Sequence record: MK599315.1
Reading direction: 5' to 3' (one strand)
DNA length: 64,000 nucleotides
The translations under genes were made by a program, and so were the position numbers. The notes beneath the pieces were generated by a model. It worked only from the letters and a program-made list of their open reading frames with translations, was not told the DNA's origin and ran no database searches. Every line of letters begins with the position of its first letter. Positions within the stretch are counted from its first letter, which is position 1. Shown in pieces: positions 30,458-40,762 of the stretch.

Positions 30458-32992
30458 ATGTTGAAGAACATTCACAAATATATCACCAGTCTTGAAGACT
30501 TCGCTGAGAGCTCCACCGAAGTTGAAGATAAGCCTGTTGAAACTGTAGATGCTACTAATGTAGAAGCATCCGCAGAACCGGAAAGCGATGTAGTTGAAGC
30601 AGGCGATGAACTTGCGCAAGCTACCCCCACTGAAGAAGTAAAACCCGATGGTGATCTGGAAACGGTAGAAGAACCTCTTGCTGGTGAAACCAGTGAAGAG
30701 CCGTCTGGTATTCCAGAACCTATGGCTACTACCAATGAATCTGCGGCTGAGGCCGCTGCTGCTCAAGCTGAAGAAGCACAAGCTGCCGAAGTGAAAGAAC
30801 TCACTGAACAGGCCGAACAGATTCAAGCAACCCAACAGGAAACTGTTGAAGCAGCCGCGGCAGATGCTGAGGCCATCGAAGCCAACGAGACAGATGTAAA
30901 TGGTAACACTGTACCTGCTGAAGATACTACTGGTGAACAAAACGTAGATATCACTAATAGCGGCGATGCTGGTGAAACCGAACTGACTAACGATGTTGAA
31001 TCTCTTGATACCGAAACTACTGTCGATGACGGTGGTGAAACTGCTACCGCTGATACCATCGGTGAAGAACCGGAAACCCCGGTTGAAGAAGTAGAAGAGA
31101 CTTCGGAAGCAGAGATTGAAGAAGTAGCTGATGTCAGTGATGCTGCCCCTGAACTCGACAACACTGAGCCGGCCACTGTAGAAGGTGGTGAAACTCAGGG
31201 TGGTGATGAAGAACTACCTGAGTTAGAACCGGAAGCTCAAACCGAAGCAAATGATCAGGTGGATGGTGTTTCTACCCCTGAGGTTGAAGAAGGCGCTGAC
31301 GAAGTCACCGTACCCGAAGTCGAAGAGTCTATCGCGGAAACTACCGAAGAAGAAGTTTCTGAAGATGTAGCTGAAACGGAAGAAGTCAACGAAGAAATCG
31401 CTGAAGATTCCACTGATGATATTCCAGCTGAAGAAACTCCAGTTGAAGAACAAGTGACTGAAACTGAAGAATCTACTGTGGAAGAAATTCCAGCAGAGGA
31501 AGAACCAGTAGTCGAGGAAACTGAAGTCGAAGAAGAAACACCGGCGGAAGTGGAAGAAACTCCTGAAGAAGACATCGTCAACGAAGAGGAAACTCCTGTT
31601 GAGACAGAAGCGGAGGTTGTAGATGAACAAGTCGAAGATCAATCCGAGTCTACCGATGAGACTACAGATGTCACTGAAGACGAACCAGTCCTCGAAGAGA
31701 TCGAAGAAGACGAACCCGATGGAGAAATCGATGATGACGGTGAAGCTAACTTCGATGAAGGTGAACTGGATATCGAGGACGTTGACACTGATGTCACTGA
31801 AGACGATGTAGCCGAAGCCGTAAAAGAAGCCGATGAGGCCGAAGAAGAAGCCGATGCTGATGAAGAGGAAGCGATTGATGCCAGTCGTACAATCGAAGAT
31901 CTTCAGAAAGAGAAGGAGTCTGTAGAAGGCTTCATGGAGATTCTGAAATATGGTCTCTCTCAAGAAAGCTATAGTGTTCAAACTCTTATCCTGAGTCAAG
32001 TTAAACTTGATGAACTCAAGAAAGCATTTGGTGACTATGCTCCTTCCGTTCCTTCGATGGAGCAATATGGTAAAGAAGATCTCGATAAGTACTATGCTGC
32101 TAGTCTTGAGTCTTTCCGCGGTTTCCTTAGTCGTATTACCGGTCTGAAGCGTGCACTGAACGAGAAGTTGATTAAATGGTGGGAAGGTCCCCTCGTTACT
32201 AAAGTTAAGAAGCGTTCTCAAGCACTTAACAAAGATGTCGACCTTGCTCTGACTAAACTTGGTAAGTCCAATATCGGGCGTGAAACCGTTAAAGGTATTT
32301 CTAGCGATATGGCCACCAAAGAAACTAACCTCGTGCAAGCTGTTGCAAAAGATCTTCGTGTCACTTCCGAGATCGCTGTTAAGGGCGTTAAAGACTCTGA
32401 ACGTGCACTGCAAGAAGTAGTAGGTGTCATCAACAAGGCTGTTACTGAAGGTGGTTACGATAAGACTGGTCCGCTAGTTAAGACTGCTCTGAATATCAAA
32501 CCTGCCAAGTATCCGGAAAACATGGCTAACGCTCTCATGGGTGGTTGGGCTATTGAATACGAGAAAGGCCCACGCGGTGGCGATAGTAAGATCGAGGCTT
32601 TGGCATATACTCTGGTACCTGTCTTCAAGAAGATCAAAGTAGAGGATCGCCAAGTTAGTTTCGATGTGACCAAAGCTGATCTAGCGAACATGCTTAAGAT
32701 GGCTAAGGCATACGTCGCCCTGGCTGATAAGCTTGCTGATTCCGTTGGTTCTAAAGCTATCGATGACATTATCAATCTCGACGTTACACGCAACCGTGCA
32801 TTGAGCACTGGCTCCAGTGAGTTCGATACTACTTCCCGTGCATCGGGTTGGGATGAACAAGCTGAACTGGATGATCTGGCTAGTGCAATGCTGAAAGTGT
32901 CTTACGCGCATGTGGATGCGTATAAGTTCGTAACACAGCATGCTCTTGACGTGGCAGATGGTATTGTTAGTGTTGTTCGTAAAGCTCTGTAA
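30458..32992 (+). CDS. Inner-body protein with very long E/D-rich propeptide (gp97-like)
   Basis: 844 aa; roughly the first 470 residues are low-complexity acidic; SME and SLE/SF cleavage-type sites follow. Confidence 0.85.
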   Translation: MLKNIHKYITSLEDFAESSTEVEDKPVETVDATNVEASAEPESDVVEAGDELAQATPTEEVKPDGDLETVEEPLAGETSEEPSGIPEPMATTNESAAEAAAAQAEEAQAAEVKELTEQAEQIQATQQETVEAAAADAEAIEANETDVNGNTVPAEDTTGEQNVDITNSGDAGETELTNDVESLDTETTVDDGGETATADTIGEEPETPVEEVEETSEAEIEEVADVSDAAPELDNTEPATVEGGETQGGDEELPELEPEAQTEANDQVDGVSTPEVEEGADEVTVPEVEESIAETTEEEVSEDVAETEEVNEEIAEDSTDDIPAEETPVEEQVTETEESTVEEIPAEEEPVVEETEVEEETPAEVEETPEEDIVNEEETPVETEAEVVDEQVEDQSESTDETTDVTEDEPVLEEIEEDEPDGEIDDDGEANFDEGELDIEDVDTDVTEDDVAEAVKEADEAEEEADADEEEAIDASRTIEDLQKEKESVEGFMEILKYGLSQESYSVQTLILSQVKLDELKKAFGDYAPSVPSMEQYGKEDLDKYYAASLESFRGFLSRITGLKRALNEKLIKWWEGPLVTKVKKRSQALNKDVDLALTKLGKSNIGRETVKGISSDMATKETNLVQAVAKDLRVTSEIAVKGVKDSERALQEVVGVINKAVTEGGYDKTGPLVKTALNIKPAKYPENMANALMGGWAIEYEKGPRGGDSKIEALAYTLVPVFKKIKVEDRQVSFDVTKADLANMLKMAKAYVALADKLADSVGSKAIDDIINLDVTRNRALSTGSSEFDTTSRASGWDEQAELDDLASAMLKVSYAHVDAYKFVTQHALDVADGIVSVVRKAL

Positions 32993-33005
32993 GTAACAAC
33001 ATATT

Positions 33006-33034
33006 GCCCTGCCCTAAAAAGGCAGGGCTTTATG
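33006..33034 (+). terminator. Intrinsic terminator
   Basis: GCCCTGCC-CTAAAAA-GGCAGGGC-TTTATG. Confidence 0.8.
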
Positions 33035-33070
33035 CCGGATCTTATGATCTTAAACCATGAGGTGGTTACC

Positions 33071-34717
33071 ATGCCCCATGCAATTATCCCCTTGCCAGAC
33101 GTATACGAAACCGTAATGCGGAAGGTATCAGTCGATGCTATTCGACAAATTGCTACAATGATGCAGTTACCCGGTGCTACCCGAGTTTACCTACCTGGAC
33201 GTGTCGATACCGTTCCTATGAACGACGGTATGTTTGGTAACTGTTGCGATGCAGCCGATGCTGTTCACTTTGACCCAGAAGAACGTATTACAGTTGCATA
33301 TGAAGAAATAGCCGAAGAGAACTTTACTCTTTCAACTGCGGTTTATAACAACGAGAACTTTCCTCTATTCGTTGATGATGTTCATGATATTACTATTCGA
33401 CCGATTCGACGTTTTGTTGACTTCAGGATAGACATTGAATATCAGGCACCTAACGTGGTACTGGCTCAACGCTGGTTAGACGATCAACGGATACGTTGTT
33501 CAGCCGGCGGTGCTGAGATGACAATGTCTCTAACGTATCACTATAATGTCCCTCCATCTCTTTTAGGTTTGATGAAAGGACTGTATGATACAATGCAGAA
33601 GTCAAACTGGCCAACCGATCTAACCTTCCGTGAGTGGATGGAGAAACATTGGTGCCAACCTCAAACCGAAATGGCTACCCTAGCAAGTACACATCCTACA
33701 CTTTCTATATACGAACGTCAAGTTGATGTGGTCGGTTGGTTTGACTTTAGTACATCTCCAGATACGCCACAAAAGTCGTCTGATAATGCTGGTGGATACA
33801 CTGTTAATTTTAGCTATCTGTGTCGTTATGAACGACCTACGCATATGCGTGTTAACTATCCAATCCTAATGAACCAGTGTACTATTCCTAAAGTATTCCG
33901 ACCGGAGTATCGATATCAGAATTATCAAGCGGTTGATCGGAAGACTACATCTTTACGTGGAACATTAGATCATCAATTTCTCTTAATGCGAGATATGGGT
34001 CTACCTTATATCCAGCATCCAGATATCGATGATTGGCATACTGACCAAATTCCACCGCACCGCTTCACATTCTTTAATGGGTTGTTGTGCCTGAGTAAAG
34101 ATGACCTGACATCACTGATGGACTTCAAGAACCTAGGTCGATTTACATTCAATCCATATTGGCTTGAGTTTATCCAGACTCTAGGAACAGCTGCAATCGC
34201 AGATGGCTCTTTCTTTGAAATCCGGTTGTACCAAAATAACGAGCGGTTACGTGTACCGATGACAATTGATCCTGGGACTACTCTTCTGAGAACAACCATC
34301 CCACTGGATCCTTTGAAGTACTACCACATTCAAATTAGTCTCTCTAAGAACTTCTATGGTATCCATGATAAGTACTGGGAGATGATTCGTCGTTATCCAA
34401 CTACCTGCTGGAGTCTGTTCCGGTTGTTCCGTGTTAGTATTGGTCGTAACCCGATCGAGAAAATGGAACTACTGGGTCTAAATGGTCCTCGTCCAGAAGA
34501 TCCCGATGCTCCAGGTGAAGGTACTACACCAATCACGTCTGACCTGCCTAATACGTTTAAGCGTGGTATCGTGAAATGGGGTGATATTGCTAAAGCTCGT
34601 GAAGAGCAAGACAAGATCATCGCAGAAGTTGGAGCCAGTGGTGGTTATATAGATCAACACAAAGTCGGTCCATTGAACGTATTATTTTCGCACATTATTT
34701 CTGACATTAGGAGTTAA
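33071..34717 (+). CDS. Virion structural protein (gp98-like)
   Basis: Likely start MPHAIIPL after GAGGTGG; synteny. Confidence 0.75.
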   Translation: MPHAIIPLPDVYETVMRKVSVDAIRQIATMMQLPGATRVYLPGRVDTVPMNDGMFGNCCDAADAVHFDPEERITVAYEEIAEENFTLSTAVYNNENFPLFVDDVHDITIRPIRRFVDFRIDIEYQAPNVVLAQRWLDDQRIRCSAGGAEMTMSLTYHYNVPPSLLGLMKGLYDTMQKSNWPTDLTFREWMEKHWCQPQTEMATLASTHPTLSIYERQVDVVGWFDFSTSPDTPQKSSDNAGGYTVNFSYLCRYERPTHMRVNYPILMNQCTIPKVFRPEYRYQNYQAVDRKTTSLRGTLDHQFLLMRDMGLPYIQHPDIDDWHTDQIPPHRFTFFNGLLCLSKDDLTSLMDFKNLGRFTFNPYWLEFIQTLGTAAIADGSFFEIRLYQNNERLRVPMTIDPGTTLLRTTIPLDPLKYYHIQISLSKNFYGIHDKYWEMIRRYPTTCWSLFRLFRVSIGRNPIEKMELLGLNGPRPEDPDAPGEGTTPITSDLPNTFKRGIVKWGDIAKAREEQDKIIAEVGASGGYIDQHKVGPLNVLFSHIISDIRS

Positions 34718-34719
34718 CG

Positions 34720-36126
34720 ATGTCTCTTTTTGTAGATGAGGAAGAAATTGCTCCTCAGAGTCCAGAAGTTAATCCTGTTACTGTCAAAGCACGCCCCGAG
34801 GTTTATCGGGGCATTGCCATTGATACAAAGTTCGTACCAAAAAGTTCGATGCTTGCATGGATAAATGGTTCTAACTGGAACGTAACGTATTTCTCACAAA
34901 TTCTTGACGAAACTCAAGAACCAACTCCCCTGGCTCTCCATCGTCAACCACCATATCAACAATACCGTTGCATTAAAGGAATGGATCTTAAGGTTAACCA
35001 ATCTTTAGATATTTCCCAAGATGAACGTATTCGTACATTCTCTGTTACTGGTGCCGGACACACATATCCGTTCCTCGTTCCTAACGTTGGAGATATGTTC
35101 ATTGGTAACATTGGTGATGGTGTACTAGGTCTATTCACTATTACGGCGGCTCGTCGTGAAACATTCTTGCGTGATTCCACATACGCTATCGAATGGAAGA
35201 TGGTGAGTAAACTTAATGAACAACAAGTAGAAGACCTTGAACGTAAGACTATAATCACTTACTATTATTCTGCAAGTTCTCTTACTAGTGGTTGTGGTCC
35301 GTTTGTTACTGAACAAGAACAACAAGATCAAAAAGATTTTGCTGCTCTTCGTAAAGAGATCATTCGGAGATACATTAGTGATTTCTTCTCTGTTGAACAT
35401 AGTACATTCCTGGTACCAGATCAGTTAATGAAAACCTATGACCATTTTGTAACTAAAGCGATGGTTATGATGGTTGACATGAAAACTGATCGACGGATGA
35501 TGAATGTTAAGTTACTGAATGTAATGTCCGAACCTGTAATGAAGCAACCAACTATTTGGGATGCTATCTTACGTCAAGATGCTACCCGTCTTTGCGGTTC
35601 TACTGAACGTGCACATCTCGTAGCTACTAGAATCTCCCGCTGGCGGCCAGAACTACAGGCAATTGGTTATACCGGTATCCCTAGGTTCGTGTTCCCTATC
35701 GAGGGACCAACTGACGTGGATTCACAATACGATGGTGAAGACCGTGCTCGACCAGAAGGAATTCCGTTCCATGAAGGTCAACCACGTCGTCCTCAAATAC
35801 CGTATAAGACGCAAGAAGAACGAAACAGCGAATGGTTTAAACGTGCTGATCCAGATGTCATAAAACAAGATGAAGCGTGGGATCGCCCGGCTGACATCGC
35901 GCCCGTAGTTCGTGATAACTTCTATGTATTTACCGAAGCCTTTTATACGGAAGATGCCAAGCTCCAGACTAAACTGGAAATGTTAACTTGGCAAATGATC
36001 AATCGTCAACCTATGGACATGAACCAATTAAGAAAAGTGACGAAATGTTGCCTTTCGTGGGACAATTTGGAACGATTTTATTATCACCCTGTCCTGATAG
36101 CACTACTTAAATACGCAACGAGGTAA
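34720..36126 (+). CDS. Virion structural protein (gp99-like)
   Basis: 468 aa; [11 protein letters not shown] and [14 protein letters not shown] motifs recalled from the family; synteny. Confidence 0.75.
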   Translation: MSLFVDEEEIAPQSPEVNPVTVKARPEVYRGIAIDTKFVPKSSMLAWINGSNWNVTYFSQILDETQEPTPLALHRQPPYQQYRCIKGMDLKVNQSLDISQDERIRTFSVTGAGHTYPFLVPNVGDMFIGNIGDGVLGLFTITAARRETFLRDSTYAIEWKMVSKLNEQQVEDLERKTIITYYYSASSLTSGCGPFVTEQEQQDQKDFAALRKEIIRRYISDFFSVEHSTFLVPDQLMKTYDHFVTKAMVMMVDMKTDRRMMNVKLLNVMSEPVMKQPTIWDAILRQDATRLCGSTERAHLVATRISRWRPELQAIGYTGIPRFVFPIEGPTDVDSQYDGEDRARPEGIPFHEGQPRRPQIPYKTQEERNSEWFKRADPDVIKQDEAWDRPADIAPVVRDNFYVFTEAFYTEDAKLQTKLEMLTWQMINRQPMDMNQLRKVTKCCLSWDNLERFYYHPVLIALLKYATR

Positions 36127-36132
36127 TCTCCA

Positions 36133-36705
36133 ATGCAACTCTGTGAACGATATACTGCGGCATGGCGTTTGTTCCATCTTCGTTATGAAGTTGTTACACC
36201 AGATCTTGCAGCTTATAGCACTAACTATCTACGTAATAACCATATCAACGTAACGGGAGATCGACTAGTCGACCGTGAACGTGTATCGCAAATGTCCCGT
36301 GGTCAACAAACAGCCGCTGGTATTGCAATGATGATGGGTGAGGGGTATAGCGTAGGTCTCGTTAACTATAAAGACTGCGTGCAGATCTATGCTGACATCC
36401 AGAAACATCTGGGTGACTGGCGAGAACAAACTCTATTCCATGCACATCCAGCTGGTTTCCCACCTATTGAAGATCTTCGTCTTTTCGAAGCACTTGCTAT
36501 TGAGGTTTATGAACTAGCGAAAAAGCTGGAACCGCGTGAAGACGTACGTAGTCAAATATTTGACTCGCTTGTGGCAATGAACCGTCGTCGTAACTTGGCA
36601 TCCACTAATAAGTGGTTGCAGGCACGTAGTGAAGTCGAAGGTAAATTAAAGCCATACGTTTCTATCGTAGATCAGATTGAACGTTACATCGTGGAGGCTG
36701 AATAA
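36133..36705 (+). CDS. Conserved phiKZ-like protein (gp100-like)
   Basis: 190 aa; coupled TAATG junction with the next gene. Confidence 0.7.
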   Translation: MQLCERYTAAWRLFHLRYEVVTPDLAAYSTNYLRNNHINVTGDRLVDRERVSQMSRGQQTAAGIAMMMGEGYSVGLVNYKDCVQIYADIQKHLGDWREQTLFHAHPAGFPPIEDLRLFEALAIEVYELAKKLEPREDVRSQIFDSLVAMNRRRNLASTNKWLQARSEVEGKLKPYVSIVDQIERYIVEAE

Positions 36706-38090
36706 TGTCTGTCGATAGTACGCTTTTAATGCGTGAAGTCGAACAGGTTACCGAAATTGGTGAAAGCTATTCTAACTTCCGCAATGAGATTAAAATCCTT
36801 GCTAATAAAAAGTGGATTACTCCTGTACGTCTTGATTTTCTTTATTTGAATAGAGACTACGGGAGTGGTCAACTTGGTGATATCAGAGAGGTTCAGTTCT
36901 TAATTGGTTATGGTGACTATGTCCATGATATCGTCCCTTATCGCGATAACCTACAAGTCGATGTATCCGAGATACCTCTACTGGAAGCAGTAGCTACACG
37001 TAACGTCGAACGGAAAGCAGTTACCAAACGTTACCGAGGGATTATTTCCGTTAGTGGTGACGATAACCCGGCCTTGTCAGGAAAGAACTCTAATCTTAAA
37101 TCCAGAGAAGCGATGAACCAGATCGGATTGATCAGCGTACAGATGCAACTTGTGGATGAACTGACGTATAAACTGATGATGGTAACTTGTGGCACTACAT
37201 ATCGAGTTACGACCACAATGAATGCTCTTAAATCACTGTGGACGCAATTTGGGCAATTAGTGGGAGGCTCGGATAGCCAAAGATTACTTGCCATCGATAT
37301 CGCAGATGGATATAGTCAAGAAGAACGTAATCAGATTATCATCCCAGATGGAATGCCTTTGAAAGACGTTCATCGATTCTTCCAAGATAAAGAAGGAGGA
37401 ATCTATTCTACGGGTATTGGACGTTATATACAAAATCAGGTTTTATTCTTGTATCCTCTTTACGATACAACTCGTTATGGAAAGAATACAAAAGTGCTAA
37501 ACTTGATCAACGTTCCTAATGATCGGTACCAGGGTGCCGAGAAGACGTTCAGAAACACGATGCGCCATATCACAGTGTTAGCCACTGGCGATGCGACTTC
37601 ACTTGACCAAGGACTCGCCGAGCAACTTCAGAATGGTAACTCTTTCCGATTTGGGGATGCTCGTAAAGTATTCCAAGACTTTGCAATTGACAAAGACAAC
37701 AAAATGTTAGTTGATAGGGCTACTAACTTGTTCGAAGTCAAGATGAAGGATTTGGAAACAGGATTCAATAACGTTCGCTGGGCAAAAGATAGATTGACAT
37801 CTAACCCTTTCAAGCAATATACGGATATGGCTAGAAAGCAAGGACAAGAGATCAAATTGGAATGGACACATGGTAATCCTGATTTACTCTATCCGGGGAT
37901 GCCTGTTAAATTTCAGACAATATCTGATAACCGAGTGAAAACATACCACGGCGTGTTATTAGGTGTAAACGAACAACGTAGATCAGCTGACGCTGGGGCC
38001 ACAGTCAATCGCCACGTCGGTAAAGTCACATTGGGCGTTTTCATTAATCGCTTCGAAGTAACAGAAGACGGTATAGAGCCCACCCCGTAA
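36705..38090 (+). CDS. Virion structural protein, putative baseplate hub (gp101-like)
   Basis: 461 aa; C-terminal W-x-x-G-N-P-D-L-L-Y-P-G-M-P-V beta-barrel-type motif; synteny. Confidence 0.7.
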   Translation: MSVDSTLLMREVEQVTEIGESYSNFRNEIKILANKKWITPVRLDFLYLNRDYGSGQLGDIREVQFLIGYGDYVHDIVPYRDNLQVDVSEIPLLEAVATRNVERKAVTKRYRGIISVSGDDNPALSGKNSNLKSREAMNQIGLISVQMQLVDELTYKLMMVTCGTTYRVTTTMNALKSLWTQFGQLVGGSDSQRLLAIDIADGYSQEERNQIIIPDGMPLKDVHRFFQDKEGGIYSTGIGRYIQNQVLFLYPLYDTTRYGKNTKVLNLINVPNDRYQGAEKTFRNTMRHITVLATGDATSLDQGLAEQLQNGNSFRFGDARKVFQDFAIDKDNKMLVDRATNLFEVKMKDLETGFNNVRWAKDRLTSNPFKQYTDMARKQGQEIKLEWTHGNPDLLYPGMPVKFQTISDNRVKTYHGVLLGVNEQRRSADAGATVNRHVGKVTLGVFINRFEVTEDGIEPTP

Positions 38091-38107
38091 TTGGGGTGGG
38101 TTTTTAT
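38078..38107 (+). terminator. Intrinsic terminator overlapping the stop codon
   Basis: GCCCACCCC-GTAATT-GGGGTGGGT-TTTTATTT. Confidence 0.8.
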
Positions 38108-38121
38108 TTAGGTAGGACCAT

Positions 38122-38553
38122 ATGCAGAACGTGTTCTTTCGTATTGACCACGTTTGGTCATACAACTTTATTGGATCTATAAAAGGATTCATCGATCTTT
38201 CAATAGATGTAGTAAATCACTTATACTCTTTAGCCACCGAGTATGTGAAACTACAGCACAACTTTATTTATAACCACAACGCTAAAGAGTTCAATAAAGG
38301 GTATCAATACATCCTTATGGAACTACAACGCTATCCAATCGATACAAGTTTCTTTGAAGGTAATTTCAAAGAACTATATAACTTTCATCGATTAGCATTT
38401 AATAGCTTAAAAGGTGAAATCGAGACTATAAAGACATATTGCAACGACGAAGGGAATATAGAGGCGTTCATTATAGAACTTCGTGAGTGTCCACCTTGCA
38501 TTCAAAGCATTTTAAACCCTATATCACAATTGGGAATAAACCAGTTATATTAG
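38122..38553 (+). CDS. Hypothetical protein
   Basis: 143 aa ORF with RBS TAGGA. Confidence 0.6.
   Translation: MQNVFFRIDHVWSYNFIGSIKGFIDLSIDVVNHLYSLATEYVKLQHNFIYNHNAKEFNKGYQYILMELQRYPIDTSFFEGNFKELYNFHRLAFNSLKGEIETIKTYCNDEGNIEAFIIELRECPPCIQSILNPISQLGINQLY
38520..38527 (+). promoter_or_regulatory. Putative early promoter (TATATCAC variant)
   Basis: TTTTAAACCC-TATATCAC, about 35 nt upstream of the small-gene cassette. Confidence 0.55.
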
Positions 38554-38560
38554 GTGCTTT

Positions 38561-38704
38561 ATGCAAGAACAAGCTAAGGAAGAAATGTTCCCGCGTTCCA
38601 ATAAGAGTGATCCCAATGTCCCACCGAGCTGGGTTAAACTAGAGCATGTTGTAATCGTGTTCGTTATCTCTCTTGTTGCAACAATCATTTTCAACGGCTT
38701 CTAA
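38561..38704 (+). CDS. Small membrane protein (47 aa, not in ORF track)
   Basis: MQEQAKE...VVIVFVISLVATIIFNGF*; C-terminal hydrophobic helix. Confidence 0.65.
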   Translation: MQEQAKEEMFPRSNKSDPNVPPSWVKLEHVVIVFVISLVATIIFNGF

Positions 38705-38713
38705 GGATAAACC

Positions 38714-38878
38714 ATGTTCTATGATCATAATAAACCTCACGAAGAAAACGAAAAGAGTCGTCGTGAGTACGCCCACAATCGTGAACTTATGCAATATGCA
38801 ACCGCTGGTATTGCTTTAATAACCGCTGCAATTACCCTTACTATAGCGGTAAAAAAGGCAGTGAATGAGTTCACCTAA
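38714..38878 (+). CDS. Small membrane protein (54 aa, not in ORF track)
   Basis: MFYDHNKP...AGIALITAAITLTIAVKK; RBS AAGGA. Confidence 0.65.
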   Translation: MFYDHNKPHEENEKSRREYAHNRELMQYATAGIALITAAITLTIAVKKAVNEFT

Positions 38879-38946
38879 TCTTGCACAATCTGATGAGTTG
38901 TGGTTTCGCGACCATTAGATTTTGTAGGACAAAGGAGCCATTGACT

Positions 38947-39420
38947 ATGGCTGAATTCGTGATAGGTAAAGACATTTTTAAAGAGCCTGGGGATCTTTAC
39001 CTAATAACTGTTAATACCCGTGGCGTAATGGGTACAGGTTTAGCGGAAAGCTTCCGTGAGAAGTTCCCTGAACTGTATCAAAGATATAAACATGATTGCA
39101 AGTATCGAATCATCACCATCGGTAACCCAACCATCTATCTTGCCGATGATGGTAAACGTTACATGATGTTCCCAACGAAAGATCGTTGGCAAGATGATTC
39201 GCAGTTAAGCTATATCAATGACGGCCTCCAATGGATAGTCGACAATATTGATGTAGAAGATGGGATCGACCCTAAGTGGAAGATCGTAGTACCACCGCTC
39301 GGTTGCGGAAACGGCATGCTGAAATGGCCTGATGTTAAACAAACATTAGAAAAGTTCAGTAGTCATATCCCTAACGAGATGGTGGTCGTAGTACCGCCCT
39401 GGATGGCGGCCCTTGCTTAA
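38947..39420 (+). CDS. Macrodomain protein, DarG/TARG1-like ADP-ribosyl hydrolase
   Basis: NTRGVMGTGLA, FPTKDRW and PPLGCGNGMLKW macrodomain motifs; start after AAGGAG. Confidence 0.85.
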   Translation: MAEFVIGKDIFKEPGDLYLITVNTRGVMGTGLAESFREKFPELYQRYKHDCKYRIITIGNPTIYLADDGKRYMMFPTKDRWQDDSQLSYINDGLQWIVDNIDVEDGIDPKWKIVVPPLGCGNGMLKWPDVKQTLEKFSSHIPNEMVVVVPPWMAALA

Positions 39421-39430
39421 TCAAACCTAA

Positions 39431-39460
39431 AAAGCCCTGGTCTTCGATCAGGGCTTTATG
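39431..39460 (+). terminator. Intrinsic terminator
   Basis: AAAGCCCTGGT-CTTCG-ATCAGGGCTTT-ATG. Confidence 0.8.
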
Positions 39461-39494
39461 TCGTGTCAAACCAAACCCAAAAGGAAATTGAAAA

Positions 39495-39923
39495 ATGAAT
39501 ATCGCAATCAACGCAATTGTAGCTGTAAGTGTAATCGCTTTCCTGGCCTACATGGCTTATGCAATTTACATGCACCGTCAACATGAGCTAGCTAAAGGGA
39601 TCAAATCGGATATCTGGCGCTGGCACATGAAAACTATGGATAACATGATCGGTAAGATGGAGAACATTCTCAGGTACTCTAGTTTGAAGAGTAGTTTCGT
39701 AGCCGGTGAACGTCAGTTCGTTGAAGTTATTCGCGAATATCGTATTAAGTCGATCGCTAATACCGAAAGTAAACTTCGTCAAGCTGGACTCGTGAGTGGT
39801 CTGTGTAATGAAGTAAGTAATCACAACGAACATGTGGCCGACGATGTAATTGATCGTGTTCTCGGTCATTTCATCACCGATCAGAATCTGCTTCAGCGCA
39901 TCGCTCGTAAGTCCGTAGTCTAA
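39495..39923 (+). CDS. N-terminally anchored membrane protein
   Basis: 142 aa; hydrophobic residues ~3-25, then a helical soluble domain. Confidence 0.75.
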   Translation: MNIAINAIVAVSVIAFLAYMAYAIYMHRQHELAKGIKSDIWRWHMKTMDNMIGKMENILRYSSLKSSFVAGERQFVEVIREYRIKSIANTESKLRQAGLVSGLCNEVSNHNEHVADDVIDRVLGHFITDQNLLQRIARKSVV

Positions 39924-39950
39924 AGACTACATTAAAACCAATTTAAAGGC

Positions 39951-39970
39951 TATATTACAAGTGTGATATT
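39951..39970 (+). promoter_or_regulatory. phiKZ-type early promoter with quasi-palindromic extension
   Basis: ATTTAAAGGC-TATATTAC-AAGT-GTGATATT; TATATTAC is the published phiKZ early consensus. Confidence 0.75.
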
Positions 39971-39994
39971 AGTCAACAGATCAAGGAGATCAAC

Positions 39995-40099
39995 ATGGGA
40001 CTCGCACGCTTCTGTGTAAAACTCGCTGCATGTATCATCGTTGTTAATGCTGCCTGTTGGGCAGTTGATGAAGTATTCAATGCTGCTCAAGGAGAATAA
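39995..40099 (+). CDS. 34-aa hydrophobic peptide (not in ORF track)
   Basis: MGLARFCVKLAACIIVVNAACWAVDEVFNAAQGE*; RBS AAGGAG. Confidence 0.65.
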   Translation: MGLARFCVKLAACIIVVNAACWAVDEVFNAAQGE

Positions 40100-40101
40100 A
40101 C

Positions 40102-40197
40102 ATGAACACTCTCGTAAAAACTGTATTTGTCGTAACTGTCGGTATCCTGGCAATGAATATTGCTGGTACTCTTTACGATGAAGTAGTGGGTGCATGA
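40102..40197 (+). CDS. 31-aa hydrophobic peptide (not in ORF track)
   Basis: MNTLVKTVFVVTVGILAMNIAGTLYDEVVGA*; RBS AAGGAG; ATGA overlap with the next gene. Confidence 0.65.
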   Translation: MNTLVKTVFVVTVGILAMNIAGTLYDEVVGA

Positions 40198-40523
40198 AAA
40201 CCCGCTATGTTGTTGGTGCCGTTGCATTAGGTATAATTGTATCCGGTTTTGCTGGTGCAGCTTATCTAATGCAAAGGCATATCGACATGGTTAATAAAGT
40301 CGTAGCTAAGGCCGGTAAGGTCGTTGAAAGCTATCACCATGTCTTGCTCCGTAGGAGTCAGTACCTCTTTGGTGATCCAGAGAGACGCTACGCGATGCTA
40401 CGTAAAGCATGTTGGGAAGAGGTTCGTGAGATCCTAGATCAGGAATACGAGCCAATCCGAAAGACTGCTGAACCGCGTGTCGATCATTATATCAAACAGG
40501 TCATCTATCGAGACCTACCTTAA
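40194..40523 (+). CDS. N-terminally anchored membrane protein
   Basis: 109 aa; MKTRYVVGAVALGIIVSGFAGAAYL. Confidence 0.75.
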   Translation: MKTRYVVGAVALGIIVSGFAGAAYLMQRHIDMVNKVVAKAGKVVESYHHVLLRRSQYLFGDPERRYAMLRKACWEEVREILDQEYEPIRKTAEPRVDHYIKQVIYRDLP

Positions 40524-40538
40524 AAAGGGAACTCCATC

Positions 40539-40736
40539 ATGAAAAAGATTCTGGTTGTTACTGGTGCTCTGGCTGCCGTTATCGCTCTCGGTACAGCTGC
40601 ATGTAAGCTGTATGAAACTCTGAACGACAACGTTGTCGAACCAACTGGCGATGATGCATCCACGGATACCACAGCTGAATCTCCTGTTCAAGAACAGGAT
40701 ACCTCTGCTCCGGCTGAAGAAACAACTGCTCAATAA
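40539..40736 (+). CDS. Small membrane-anchored protein with acidic tail
   Basis: 65 aa; MKKILVVTGALAAVIALGTAAC, then a D/E/T-rich tail. Confidence 0.75.
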   Translation: MKKILVVTGALAAVIALGTAACKLYETLNDNVVEPTGDDASTDTTAESPVQEQDTSAPAEETTAQ

Positions 40737-40762
40737 CCCCATCTGCAAATAAGGAAAGTAAC

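Noticed and set aside
30458-31900. GAA-rich periodicity resembling a repeat array or CRISPR
   Set aside because: No fixed-length direct repeats with unique spacers; it is low-complexity Glu-rich coding sequence.
31223-32413. 396-aa F/L-rich antisense ORF that looks like a membrane protein
   Set aside because: It is the reverse complement of GAA/GAT-rich acidic codons (GAA reads TTC, Phe).
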